Positions 12,538 to 24,266 of a stretch of 64,000 nt of DNA are shown piece by piece. The translations under genes and the position numbers were made by a program. The stretch comes from Raillietiella orientalis (taxonomy: Eukaryota), in NCBI GenBank assembly GCA_036172245.1, contig JAYWIR010000076.1, positions 62,001-126,000 on the forward strand. Direction: 5' to 3'. Each line of letters opens with the position of its first letter. Position 1 is the first letter of the stretch. The notes beneath the pieces are model-generated. The model was given only the letters and a program-made list of their open reading frames with translations. It did no database searches and was not told the origin of the DNA.

Positions 12538-14949
12538 TCTAAGTTGCTTGCCAAGCTTTGGGCTGAGCGACTGGGACGGGTGGCGGAATCCGTGGGAAGT
12601 CCGGAGCCGACATACGCTGTTCCCGGACGAAGCATGGAGGCCAACCTGTTCCTCGCCAGCACATGGTGGCAGTTGCAACAAAGCGATGATCAGGGAGGTC
12701 AAGAGAATCCTGGATTCTCCTCTGACCAGTAAGGGGACGCCCTTCATGGAAGAACCGCGCCCGGTGACCTTGCGGTCGCAGTCGATCTGCGTAAAGCGTT
12801 CGATTGCGTCGACCAGGAACTGCTTCTGGAGCTCCTGGAACGCTTGGGATTCCCGGCCGTCTAACGGGCTTACCTGCGCTCCTGCTGGCGCTTCGCTCTA
12901 ATAAACATCTCTTTTAGCGGCCGGCACGTGTACAACGTGCCGGTTCGGCGTGGCATAAGGCAGGGTGACAGTCTGAGCCCCATGCTCTTCAGCATGTACT
13001 TCGAGCTGGTGCTGAGGGCATACAGGGAGACTCTTGCAACCCTGCCAAGCTCGTGTCCCGGCACGCCTGGCGTGTCGGCCTACGCCGACGACCTTCTGCT
13101 CCTGCTCCCCGGGTCCACCCCGGCGTCGGCGCTCGAAGATTTCTTTGAGTTGATGCGCCGCGGGACGGGCCTCGAGGTGAACAGAGAGAAATCTTCCATC
13201 GTTCCATCATCAACACAACTTTTCAACCATACGGCGTGGGTCGGACGGCCGGAGTGGATCCGCTTGGGGATCGCCACGGGCAGGTGCTTGAAGTACCTTG
13301 GCGTTCCGTTGGCGGACTTCTGCGTTGCAGAATCCTGGTCCGACCGTCTCCAAAAGGTGGAGTTGGCGATCGGCCCGTTGCGGAACGGCAAGTTTTTCTT
13401 GCAGGTGCGGGCCGCGGTGTGGAACGCGTTCGCGGCCCCCCTCCTTCGCCCCTTACTTTTTGTTTGCCCCGCCCCTTCCATCATACGGAGACGGACCAAA
13501 GCTTTCTTGTCGACTGCCCTTGGGGCACAGCGAGATCGCGTGTCTGACTGAAAGACTGTTGCGCTCCACGCAGGGATGGTGGCTTGGGCCTTCTTACGTT
13601 AAAGTGCATCCAACTTCAAACAAGAATTCGAAAGTTAGCCCTTGCCGCTAGCTTATGGATGACGCCATTGTGCGATCCGGCACGGCTCCTCGCCAGAAGA
13701 GCGACCGGTTGCGCAGGATTGTCCTCGATCCTCGTGGCCTACCAGCGCAGCCTCTCCAGCTGTGGTCCCCCTTTGCGCCAGATGGTCGCCCTGATGAGGG
13801 AGAATACCTAAATCTCCTGCATCCCCGCGTACTGCACTGCGTGGCTTCAGGAGTCAGCTTCCGCGTGGGCTAAGATCAAGGGCACGAGCGAGGCGGAATA
13901 CAACTGCCTACGACGAGGACCGTACGCTCGACAGCCGCTGCAGGATATCATCAACACGCCCCGGAAGTTCCTGTGGGCTTCTTTCAGCCCCCTTGTCCCC
14001 GTTCTGTCCTACCCTAAAAACAGTAGGAGCAGCAACGAGCTGGCATCGTGGGAAGTGTGCTGCCTTATCCGAGGCAGGAAAAAACCTTTAAAGGCGTGGA
14101 CGAATCGGGAGCTCACGGACGCTGCCACCCCGAGCGTCCCGCCTCACGGACTTGCGCGCTGGGGTGAGCTGCTCGCAATACCTCCGGAGGAGGTGGAGTG
14201 TCCCCCAGCGTATTGGGATTGCGGCACACTTCCGTTGAAGTGGCAGGAGACGGCGTTGCTATTTCTGCACTGGGGACTGTTAAGCAGAGCACGCCTGTCT
14301 CACTGGACACTGGGGAATATGGATGCCAGCTGTGTCGAGTGCGGAGAAAGAGAAACCTTCCCGCATCTCACCCTCGAGTGTGTCGCCCTGGATGGACTCT
14401 GGAGTAGAATCTTCCCAATCCTCCATCTTCCAGTAGGCGACCCTAAGGAAATTTACCGTCGCCTCTTTCTGCGTGACGGCCTGCGCCCCGCTGCGTCTCT
14501 AGCAGTCCTCTGCTGCGTGCGCGGCATTGTGCAAAGGTGGCACGCCAGAAGAAGAGGCCCAAGATGCAGGGACGCCATCCACTGCACAACGATCTCTTCA
14601 GAGACGGCGACAAGGTGGCGTCTACCTTTCACAGTTAAAGCAGAACTTGACTGCATCCTCAACAGGATACGGAGGACCGACCCAGGCGCCCAGTGATCCC
14701 TTCCCTGCGCCCCCCTCTCCCCATACAACTGTTTCCCTCCCCGTTATCTCTCTTTTTGTTTGTTGTTGGTTCAGTTTTCCCTTCCCATGCGCCTCGGGAA
14801 TGGACCTAACCGGTCTATGCACCGCAACCGACACGTCAACCAAGTTAAGAAAACCAAGTGTTTCCCACAATTAACTTTTGAAAGACTTTATTATCTAATT
14901 TTTGTAGAAAATTAGAATAATAAATGCCCCGGCATATCCGGGTGGCAAA
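12538..14949 (+). mobile_element. 5'-truncated element, subfamily G (RT to 3' end; ORF2 stop at 14696)
   Basis: DLRKAFD, RQGDSLSP, AYADD and CVECGERETFPHLTLEC; ends AATAAATGCCCCGGCATATCCGGGTGGCAAA. Confidence 0.88.
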
Positions 14950-16660
14950 CGTCGGCTGGAGCCGAGCATTCCCGGTCCTGGTCGTCGAGCAGAACTGTCG
15001 CCCCTGACTGCCAGACCTGGCGCTCGGCCTTAGCCTTGTACTCGGATGATCGACCAACGACCGCGCGCCTGGAAAAGGAGCGGGCCTGCAGAAAATCTCT
15101 GCTGTTGGCTACGCCCTCTCCGAAGCCGCGTGGAAGCTGTTGCAAGGGAAACCGGCAGCAGAACTCGAGGACCGATCTTTTCAGATCGTCCCACTTTTCG
15201 AGCTCACTTATGGCAAAGCCGATGAGGTACTGACGAAGATGCTCAGCCGCCTCCGGGTGGCTTAGCCAGTCTGCCGGCATCCTCTAAAAACAGTTTGGAG
15301 GCCCCTTGCCTGGCGGGAGCAACTCGAACTCGAGCCTGTTGTGGTCTGAAAGCACAGACGGCACGGGACCTCTCCGACCCACTCAACAGAGCAAGTGTTC
15401 ATCAAGGTATACGTGGTCCGGCGTTGCTGCCATAACAGGGTCGCTAGCGAACAAGTTGCACGCGTGCACGGACGCGCACATCTCTTTCGCTAGCGAGTTT
15501 TCCCTTTTGTGGGATCTATTCTCGGAGGGAAGGTGGACGTTAAAGTCCCCCGCAATGAGATGGGCCACAGTAGAATGAGATCGAGTGAGCCACTGGCTTT
15601 GAAGGGTACCGAAGAACTCAATCCTTTTGGCCCATCGTCCAGCACCGCTCGGCGCGTACACGTTGGTTACGACAAGGTCGATCGAGTCCGACCACTTGAG
15701 TACAAGCTGTCCCACTCGGCCTTCCGTGTCGAAACGAACGCTGCGCACCGCTCTTGCCAAAGTTCCTCGCACGAGGAAAGCGACGCCGCACCTATAAAGT
15801 AGCGTTCCGCCCGCGCGCCGTTGGATTTCGGCAGCCTGCTCACCGGAGATGCTGTGAATCTCCTGCAGGAGCGTCAAGTCGAAGGCGCTCCGAGCGTCAG
15901 CCACTAGTCGCCTCTTCTCCTCGTGTTGGAGCCCGTTGACGTTCCAAGACGTTACGGCAACACGACGAGAAGACGCGATTGCCCTCATCACGGCTGGGAA
16001 AGCGAGGCCGTGGTGCTCGCCTCACCCGGCGAGCGGGCAGTAAGCAGCACGACGGGCTGGAGGGCGCGGTCGCCACCGGCCTCAACTGTGCTGCACGTAA
16101 TCGGGTGCTCCTCCCCGGGTGCAGAACCTGTGGGTTCCGGTGTGAGCACTCCTTGCTCCGCGGCGAGTGTGTCACGCCTCAGGGGATTCAGCCCTGCGGG
16201 CGCTCGCTCCCGCGCGAGTTACGCGTCGTTCAGCTGCGTTATGGGACTCCTTTGCGAAGTCTGATGCTCGCACGATCGACGTGCGCTTGCATCCGTCCGA
16301 TTGCACCGGAATGGTCTTCTCGGCGGTCACAGAAGCGGACTTCCACGCGTTGAAGGCGCTGGCTTTTTCCTTGGAAGAGGCATAAGCCGCGCGTGTTTTC
16401 GTATTCCCGCGACTGCTTTTTCCTTTGGAAGAGCTCAGGGATGGATGTTGCGAAGCTTTTTTTGGAGATTTTTCTTTCCTCCTCTCCACAACCTTCCATT
16501 CGCCTTCGCGATTTCCGGAGGCTTCCGCGACAGTAGTTGCGGAAACCTCCGGTATTTTCGCTGCGTTCTCTGGGGGCGTTGCTTTCGCTACGCCTTTTAA
16601 AGGCGGCAACGGAGTCACCTTCTTGACAGTCGGGAGATCGCTCCTCTCCTGCCCAGTCGG
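14950..16660 (-). mobile_element. 3' part of an F-related element (ORF1 C-terminus, endonuclease, linker); host of the tandem pair
   Basis: ORF 15383-15991 with WNVNG, LQE, NVYAP and GDFN; TGATG overlap at 15986-15990; joins 27928 across the TSD. Confidence 0.88.
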
Positions 16661-16831
16661 TGAACTTCCTCCGCGGCTCAAAGTATTGTGCTCTTGACAA
16701 CTAATTAGTTAATTGTGCTCGTGTGTGCCCGGAGAGGGGAAGTTTTCCAGAAGAAACAAAAAAAAAGAAGCGGCGAGGACATCGCGGCAAAAGACCTGCA
16801 GTGGTCCCGTGCAGCAAGACCAGCTGCCAGG

Positions 16832-18620
16832 ATGCAGGCACCTAGAAGAGGAGTGGAGAGACCGTCGTCCCCCATGGAAGCCATGGAGGTAACGTGCGGC
16901 AACGGCGATGCGGTGGCAGGCATGCCGAGGATCGCGCCCGCGGCGGGCTTTGCTGCGCCGGCGGCGGCGATGCCAAGGGTCGTGCCCGCGGCAACGACGG
17001 CGGAGGTCGTGCCCGCGGCGGCGACGCCGACGATCGTGCCCGCGGCGGGGAAGGTCGCGCCTGCCGCGGCGATGCCGAGGGTGCCGCCCGCGGCGGTAAC
17101 GGCGGCAACGTCGAGGTTTGCGCCCGCGGCGGTGGCGTCCCAGGAAGGACCCGCGGGCGTCCACGCGGTGCAGGGAGCGACGCGATCTTGTTCGGCTGCG
17201 GCGTCGCAGCCCTTTTCTTATGCGTCGGTGGCGGCTGGACAGGCGAGTGTCCACCCACCTAGGAAATTCGGTAAGCCGCTTAGCGGAAAAGTACTAAAAG
17301 TGGACCGACCAATAGACGAAATAGGCCCCAACGTGAAGCCCATTATCTTCAAGACGGGGCTAATAAAATTTAATAACATCAGGGAGGTCTATTTGTCCCT
17401 CGACAAGACGGACATAGACTTTGATCGCATTCAGGCGATCATTCCATCGAACAACGGGTTCACAGTCTTTACAGACTGTGAAAACATTAGAGAGCGATTG
17501 ATCCAGAAGGGGATCAATATACAAGGACGGATGGTTTGTGGTATTGGCGAGATGCCATACACAACCGTCTTTTTAAACGGCATCTCCATCCTCACACCGC
17601 AACTAGCGGTGTGGAATTACTTGGAGCAGTTTGGGAAAGTTCTGGACCTTGATTTCCAGAACTTCTCTGGAAACATATTTTCTGGCGACATGATCGCCAA
17701 GATGAAGTTGAGGAAGGGAGCGGTGATCCCTGGATTGGCCGTTATTGACGAACAATCCCAGGGAGTGAATGTGCGTTACCGGCAACAACCGGTATTCTGC
17801 ACCGGGTGCAAGCAGTTCGGTCACAGGGCCGGCTCTTGCCCAACGTGTTGTTGTTTCCGCTGCGGCAAAGTAGGACATCAAGTCCGAAACTGCCCGCATC
17901 CGGAGGTGTGCTCCTTCTGCAAGAAACACGGACATGCGAAATGGAGCTGTCCGGAGTTTGAAAACTGCAGATGGATTCGAGGTCTCTCTCCCGTGAGAGA
18001 GAGAAACATCAAGGAGGCCGAACAGCCTCAGAAGGCAGGAAGGCAGAAAAAAAGTGAAAGAAGCTGTCCCGGTGTCGGCGGACGGCTTCATAGAAATGGG
18101 AAAGAAGGGAAAGAGGAGGATGCTCGTCAAGGAGCAAGGAACTCCTCAAATCCTGGAAGCAGCAGAGCAGGAAGGCGAGAAGATGGAGGTAGCGCAGGAA
18201 GGCGCGAAGGAAGAGAGACAGGAAGCCACTAAAGTGTCGCAGGAGGCTCTGCAGACTACGGAGGAGTTGGCAATACTGGCGGAGGAAATCATGGAGGTGC
18301 AGAGCGGTCCTCAGCAAGAGAAAATCTTGCAGAAGATCTGCACTGCACAAGAGAACATCAACCAGGTGGTGGAGGTCGCTGAACGCGAGAAGTTAGAGGA
18401 ACAGCTTCTCGACGTGAAGGCGAACTTCTGCGCCAAGGTCGAGATAGAGGCACTATCTCGAAAATTGATCGCGCAGGCGGAACACTCTACGGAGGAGGCG
18501 GAAATTACCGACCTCACAGGAACGGAGAGTGACGCCGGCAGCGAGAAACCCGCTGCTTCTTCATTGTCTGGTAGAGCACGCTCTCTCAGACAGAAGAAGC
18601 TCAGGAAGGCCAAAAAATAG
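16832..18620 (+). pseudogene. ORF1 gag-like protein with three CX2CX4HX4C knuckles; one frameshift in an A-run near 18050
   Basis: CTGCKQFGHRAGSC, CFRCGKVGHQVRNC and CSFCKKHGHAKWSC; copy 2 is open across the frameshift. Confidence 0.9.
16921..17140 (+). repeat. Degenerate about 27-nt GC-rich coding tandem repeat (AAAMPRVVP-like) in ORF1
   Basis: Recurring (C)GTGCCCGCGGC units; same array at about 22555-22775. Confidence 0.8.
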
Positions 18621-18633
18621 GACTTCCCCTTGT

Positions 18634-21600
18634 ATGGCCTCTTCCCTATCGACCGCCAGGAGGATTAACATCGCCTCCTGGAACGTAAACGGTGTGGTCG
18701 ACCAGGGAAAAAGAAGAAGGATTGTGCGGACCATCGCACAACAAGACATCGTGTGCCTGCAGGAGTCCCACAGGATGGGTCTCGAGATAAGCCAGCGAAT
18801 GGAACGGCGATTCAACGGGCAGATGTTCGTCAACGAAGGAGAACGGAACACGAAGGGTGTGGCGGTGCTAATAAAGAACCACTTAGCCCCCACTATTCTG
18901 GAAGTGTTCTGTCCCCAGCCCGGACGAATCATCGGCGTGCGACTGGCCTGGTCCGCGACTGTTCACCTTATCCTGGTAAACGTGTACGGGCCGCACAGGC
19001 TAAAACATCGTTGTGCGGAGGCGCTGCATGCAACACTCCGGCAAAAGGTCGCCCCTAAGGACGTCGTGATTGTTGCTGGCGATCTCAACATCTTGGATGT
19101 GATCATTCATTCGGAAGACGCCAGAGGAAGGACGGCGTATCGACGGCTATCCGAGGAGTTCGGACTGGTCTGGCGAACAGCAAGCCACAAGCCAATCGAT
19201 CACGTTCTGCACAGCACCGAACTTGGGAACCGCATCCAGGGGTTTCGCGACACTATGACTACGGTGTCCGATCACCCCCTGGTGCGGTTTTCCCTAAGAA
19301 CGGAGAATCCTCGGCGGAGGCAAGGCACCAGGGCAGCGCTCATCAGCATGCCCGCCTGGTTCGAAACCCATCCCGGACATCAGGCTGTCCTGGAGGCGAT
19401 TCTGAGGGCAACAATAATCCGAAGAGTCGCCGACTGGGACAGCCTGAAACACAGGATACACCTGTTTGCGAAAATGCAGTTCGGGGATAGGCGCTTGAGG
19501 CAAGAGGCGTACCGGGAGCTGAACATCCAAGATCGCTCCCTCTCAAAGTACTTCGATCAGTACGAGAGTCGGTACGTCCTCAATAACATAAAAGGGGAAG
19601 TCGGCGTGCTGGAGAAGAGAAATCTGGCAACAGATATCTTCTGCATCCAGTACGACGGCCAAAAGCGACAGTCGTCCGAGGACATCGTGGATGCCTTTCA
19701 CAGGCATTACACGAAACACTTCAGGCGACAACAGCTGTGTCGCTCTAGTCAACAGGCCTTCTTGAGCTATCTCGAGAAGAGGATCGACGACCTCCAGCGG
19801 AACAGACTGGAGGAGGAGTTCTCCGAAGAAGAGGTGAAGACTGCGTTTGGGCAACTTCGCAAGGACGTGGCAGCGGGCCCTGACAGTGTACCCACCACGC
19901 ACTATCAGCGGTACCTGCACGCCTACCTGCGCTTGTTCCACCAGTTGACCCTCTGCATCCGGGAAGAAGGCAGACTACCTCAGTCCTTCTACGAGAGTCG
20001 GATGAGATTGCTGCCGAAAGGAGGCGACTCTACCCAGATCGCCCAATGGAGGCCAATCTCGATTCTAAACTCCGATGCCAAGTGGTTGGCGAAGATCTGG
20101 TCCAACCGCTTAGGCAAGGTCATGTCGAGGCTGATCTCTCCGGTCCAAACATGTGCAGTCCCAGGACGACACATGTCGGACAATGTCAAGTGTGCCCAGG
20201 ACACTGTTGGACTCAGTCGATACGTCGGCGAGAACCTGGTGCTGGTGTTCACTGACATGAAGAGGGCCTTCGACTCCATCGACCACGGGATGCTGCTGAA
20301 GGTTCTGGAGAAGCTAGGGCTTCCGGAACACTTCAGCAACTTCGTGAGGGCGGTACTCCAGAACTAGTACTGCCGGATCAAGATCAACGGCCAGGAAGCG
20401 GCAGCAATCAGGATGGAACGAGGAGTCCGACAGGGCGACTCGCTAAGTCCGATGCTGTTCGTCATCTATATGGAGGCGTTGTCGTCCTTTATCGAGAAGA
20501 GCGGACGACTAAGCGGGATTACCATCGATAGCCAGCGTCTTACCCATCTGGCATACGCCGATGATCTACTCTTTTTCATCAAGGGAGAGAAAAATCAGCG
20601 TGCGTTTCTGGATGTGGTGGACCTGATGGAACAGGGCTTGGGCTTAAAAATCAATTCCAAGAAGAGCCAGCTTTTGCCCGTCGGAATACTGGATCTCTCC
20701 ACTCTAACGGGTAGTGGATTCCGTACGGTGGACACGGCCAAGTACCTGGGAGTCTACATCGGCGACGGCTCTGCGTCGAAGCTGCTGTGGAAGGAAATCC
20801 TGGGGAACACGGCCAAGGAAGCAGCCAAGTACACCCGAACGGACCTTGGGATGAAGCGAAAGGCCAACATATGGAACGGAGTACTCCTTCCGAAAGTGCT
20901 CTTCGGGGCGGCCTTCGCGAGGATGAACAAGGAAACCACGAGGGAGTTCGACAAGCTGCAGAGAAAAACACTGTGGGGCCACTATCGCCCAAGAGTAAGA
21001 CTGAAACCCCTGTGTCGTCCCAGGGAAGAAGGCGGTTCCGGGATGAAGTCGCTTGCACATTCCATGGAAATCATGGATACGCGACACATCCTGGACATGG
21101 CCACTTACTGGGATGACTGGCCGTATGCGGCGCACCGGGCCTACGCGTTGTTGCTTAACAACTCGGAAGGCCTGATGACTGCGCTGCTAGGCAAAGTAGG
21201 GGAATGGATAACAATCGACCCGACCTGGAGGAGGAAGCAACCGCTGGTGCGGAAGCACCAAATCAAGATCGTGCCGCGAAGCAGGGAACTCTGGCAGGAC
21301 GAGTCCATCCTGGTGATCCCTTGGTTGCTTCCTGTCCCGCCGGACACGAGAAGCTGGATCTACCAGCGGTCCAGAGTTACCCTACTGCAAATCCAGGAGT
21401 GGAGGCGAGGAGGCTACCTACATCAAACACGTATACTTCGGTATACAGAGATGATGTTAGGAAGGTTTACCCACAGGACCCGCGAAGTGTGGTTCAACCA
21501 CAACGACTTCGCATGGTCGAGGGTAACCAGAACAAACCTCCGAAGGCTTATCCAAGAAAACGACCGCGACACCAGTGCCCTCCAGGAAGCCACCGAACGC

Positions 21601-22146
21601 TACGGGAGTGAACGGTTCAACCTGTTATCGATCGGAACGACGCTCTGGAGGAGTGACCTTCCACCGGGCACCCAGGATGACCTCCTGATGTTTTATCACG
21701 GAGGAATCCAAAGTGGGTCCCGATTGCAGCACTTCACAGGAAGACGGGAAGACCGAGACTGCGCAGCATGTGGAGACGACGACACGAGACTTCACGTCTT
21801 GACGTGTCCCACACTGCTGCATGACTGGCTGATTCTGAAAAGGATCATAGGACTTACCAACAAGTCCGTTATGGAGATCCTCGCCGGGATGTTTCATGGG
21901 GATGGTAATGTTCCCTGTTACAATCCCATGGTGAGGACGACCCTCTTCATCACCGCCATACTTGTGCGGTGGTGGAAAATGAGGAAAGCCAGGAGAGCCG
22001 CACCACCGATGGAGATCCTACAAGGGCTCTTGAAGAGGGAAATCGGCATCAGGAACTGCGGGAAGATCCACGCCTGGACGTACTGATTCATCCTGAAGAG
22101 GATCCAGGACGACGCCCGGGACCATCCAGCTGGAATTCCCCCCTGA
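18634..22146 (+). pseudogene. ORF2 APE endonuclease/RT in a single frame, with premature stops at 20365 and probably 22084
   Basis: WNVNG, LQES, GDLN, IDHV, SDH, WRPISI, RQGDSLSP, AYADD and CAACG; copy 2 has CAG and CGA at the two stop positions. Confidence 0.92.
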
Positions 22147-22465
22147 AAAGCAGAACTCTAGTGCAACCCAAGGACCCCCAAGTGCAAAATGTTTGTATTG
22201 AGTGAATGAGAGTGCGAATGTAAATTTTGTATTTTTATAGAAAAATAAACTTACCCCACCCCTTGTGGGACTTGGGGAAACCTGCCGAGTCGGTGAACTT
22301 GCTCCGCGGCTCGAAGTATTGTGCGCTTGACAACTTAATCAGTTCATTGTGCTCGTGTGTGCCCGGAAAGGGGAAGTTTTCCAGAAGAAACAAAAAAAAA
22401 GAAGCGGCGAGGAGATCGCGGCAAAAGACCTGCAGTGGTCCCGTGCAGCAAGACCAGCTGCCAGG

Positions 22466-24253
22466 ATGAAGGCACCTATCGGAGGAGTAGAGAGACCGTG
22501 GTCCCCCATGGAAGCCATGGATGTAACGTGCGGCAACGGCGAGGCGGTGGCAGGCATGCCGAGGATCGCGCCCGCGGCGGGCTTTGCTGCGCCGGCGGCG
22601 GCGATGCCAAGGGTCGTGCCCGCGGCAACGACGGCGGAGGTCGTGCCCGCAGCGGCGACGCGGAGGATCGTGCCCGCAGCGGGGAAGCTCGCGCCTGCGG
22701 CGGCGATGCCGAGGGTGCCGCCCGCGGCGGTAACGGCGGCAACGTCGAGGTTTGCGCCCGCAGCGGTGGCGTCCCAGGCGGGACCCGCGGGCGTCCACGC
22801 GGTTCAGGGCGAGACACCATCTTGATCGGCTGCGGCGGCGCAGCCCTTTTCCTATGCGTCGGTGGCGGCTGGACAAGCGAGTGTCCACCCACCAAGAAAA
22901 TTCGGGAAGCCGCTATGCGGTAAAGTCCAAATGGTGGATCGACCGATCGTGGAGTTAGAGCCGAATGTAAAGCCCATCATTTTCAAGACTGGGCTGTTCA
23001 AGTTCAATAATATCAGGGAGGTGTATCTGTCCCTCGATAAAACGGACATGAATTTTGATCGCATACAGGCGATCATACCAGCAAACAACGGGTTCACAGT
23101 CTTCACAGACTGTGAAGAGATTAGAGAGCGATTGATCCAGAAGGGGATCAATATACAAGGGAGGATGTTTTGTGGTGTTGGCGAGATGCCATACACAACC
23201 GTCTTTCTGAACGGCATCTCCTTCCTCACACCGCACTCAACGGTGTGGAACTTTTTGGAGCAGTATGGGGAAGTTCTGGACCTTGAATTCCAGAACTTCT
23301 CTGGAAAAATATTTTCTGGCGACATGATCGCCAAAATGAAGTTGAAAGAGGGAGCTGTGATCCCTGGATTAGCCGTTCTTGACGAACAATCTCAGGGAGT
23401 GAACGTGCGTTACCGGCAACAGCCGATATTCTGCACCGGGTGCAAGCAGTTCGGCCACAGAACCGGCGCTTGCCCAACGTGTCGTTGTTTCCGCTGCGGC
23501 AAAGTTGGACATCAAGTCCGAAACTGCCTGCAGCCGGAGGTGTGCTCCTTCTGCAAGAAACACGGACATGCCAAATGGAGCTGTCCGGAGTTTGCAAACT
23601 GCAGAAGGATTCGAGGTCTCTCTCCCGTGAGAGAGAGAAACACCAAGGAGGCGGAACAGCCTCAGAAGGCAGGAAGGCCGAAGAAGGTGAAAGAAGCCGT
23701 CCCGGTATCGGAAGACGGCTTCATACAGGTAGGGAAGAAAGGAAAGAGAAGGATGCTCGTCAAGGAGCAAGAAACCCCTCTTATCCTGGAAGGTGAAGAG
23801 CAAGAAGGCGAGAAGATGGAGGTAGCGCGGGAGGGCGCGGAAGAAGAAAAAGCCGAAGCCACTCCGGCGTCGCAGGAGGCCCTGCAATCTACGGAGGAGT
23901 TGGCATCACTGGCTAATGAAGTCTTAGAGGTGCAGAGCGGTCCCCAGCAAGAGAAAATCTTGCAGAAGATCTGCAATGCACAGGAGAAGGTCAACCAGGT
24001 TGTGGAGGTCACCGAGCGCGAAAAGCTAAAGGAACAGCTTCTCGACGTAGAGGAGAACTTCTGCGCCAAGGTCCAGATAGAGACGCTATCTCGAAAACTG
24101 ATCGAGCGGGCCGAACACTCGACGGAGGAGGCGGAAGTAACCGACCTCACCGGAACAGAGAGTGACGCCGGAAGCGAGAAGCCCGCTGCTTCTTCATTGT
24201 CTGGAAGAGCACGCTCTCTCAGACAGAAGAAGCTCAGGAAGGCCAAGAAATAG
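22466..24253 (+). pseudogene. ORF1 with three CCHC knuckles; one premature TGA at 22823
   Basis: ORFs 22349-22825 and 22862-24253 are in the same frame; copy 1 has TGT at the stop. Confidence 0.9.
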
Positions 24254-24266
24254 GTCTTCCCCTTTT

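Larger units (their letters stand above)
16661..22280 (+). mobile_element. Full-length Tx1/L1-like element, divergent family A, copy 1
   Basis: Bounded by CTGCCCAGTCGG (16649-16660) and CTGCCGAGTCGG (22282-22293); nearly intact ORFs. Confidence 0.95.

Noticed and set aside
20365..20367. Programmed readthrough of in-frame stops in ORF2
   Set aside because: The stops are copy-specific (TAG versus CAG in copy 2), which indicates post-insertion decay.
18634..22146. Bacterial group II intron, retron or DGR reverse transcriptase (YADD)
   Set aside because: The N-terminal APE endonuclease, CCHC ORF1, AATAAA and TSDs indicate a eukaryotic non-LTR retrotransposon.
22245..22280. snRNA or tRNA target remnant (AAACTTACC resembles the U1 5' end)
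   Set aside because: The match is only a few bases and is not kept in copy 2. No snRNA, tRNA or rRNA sequence is recognisable anywhere in the window.
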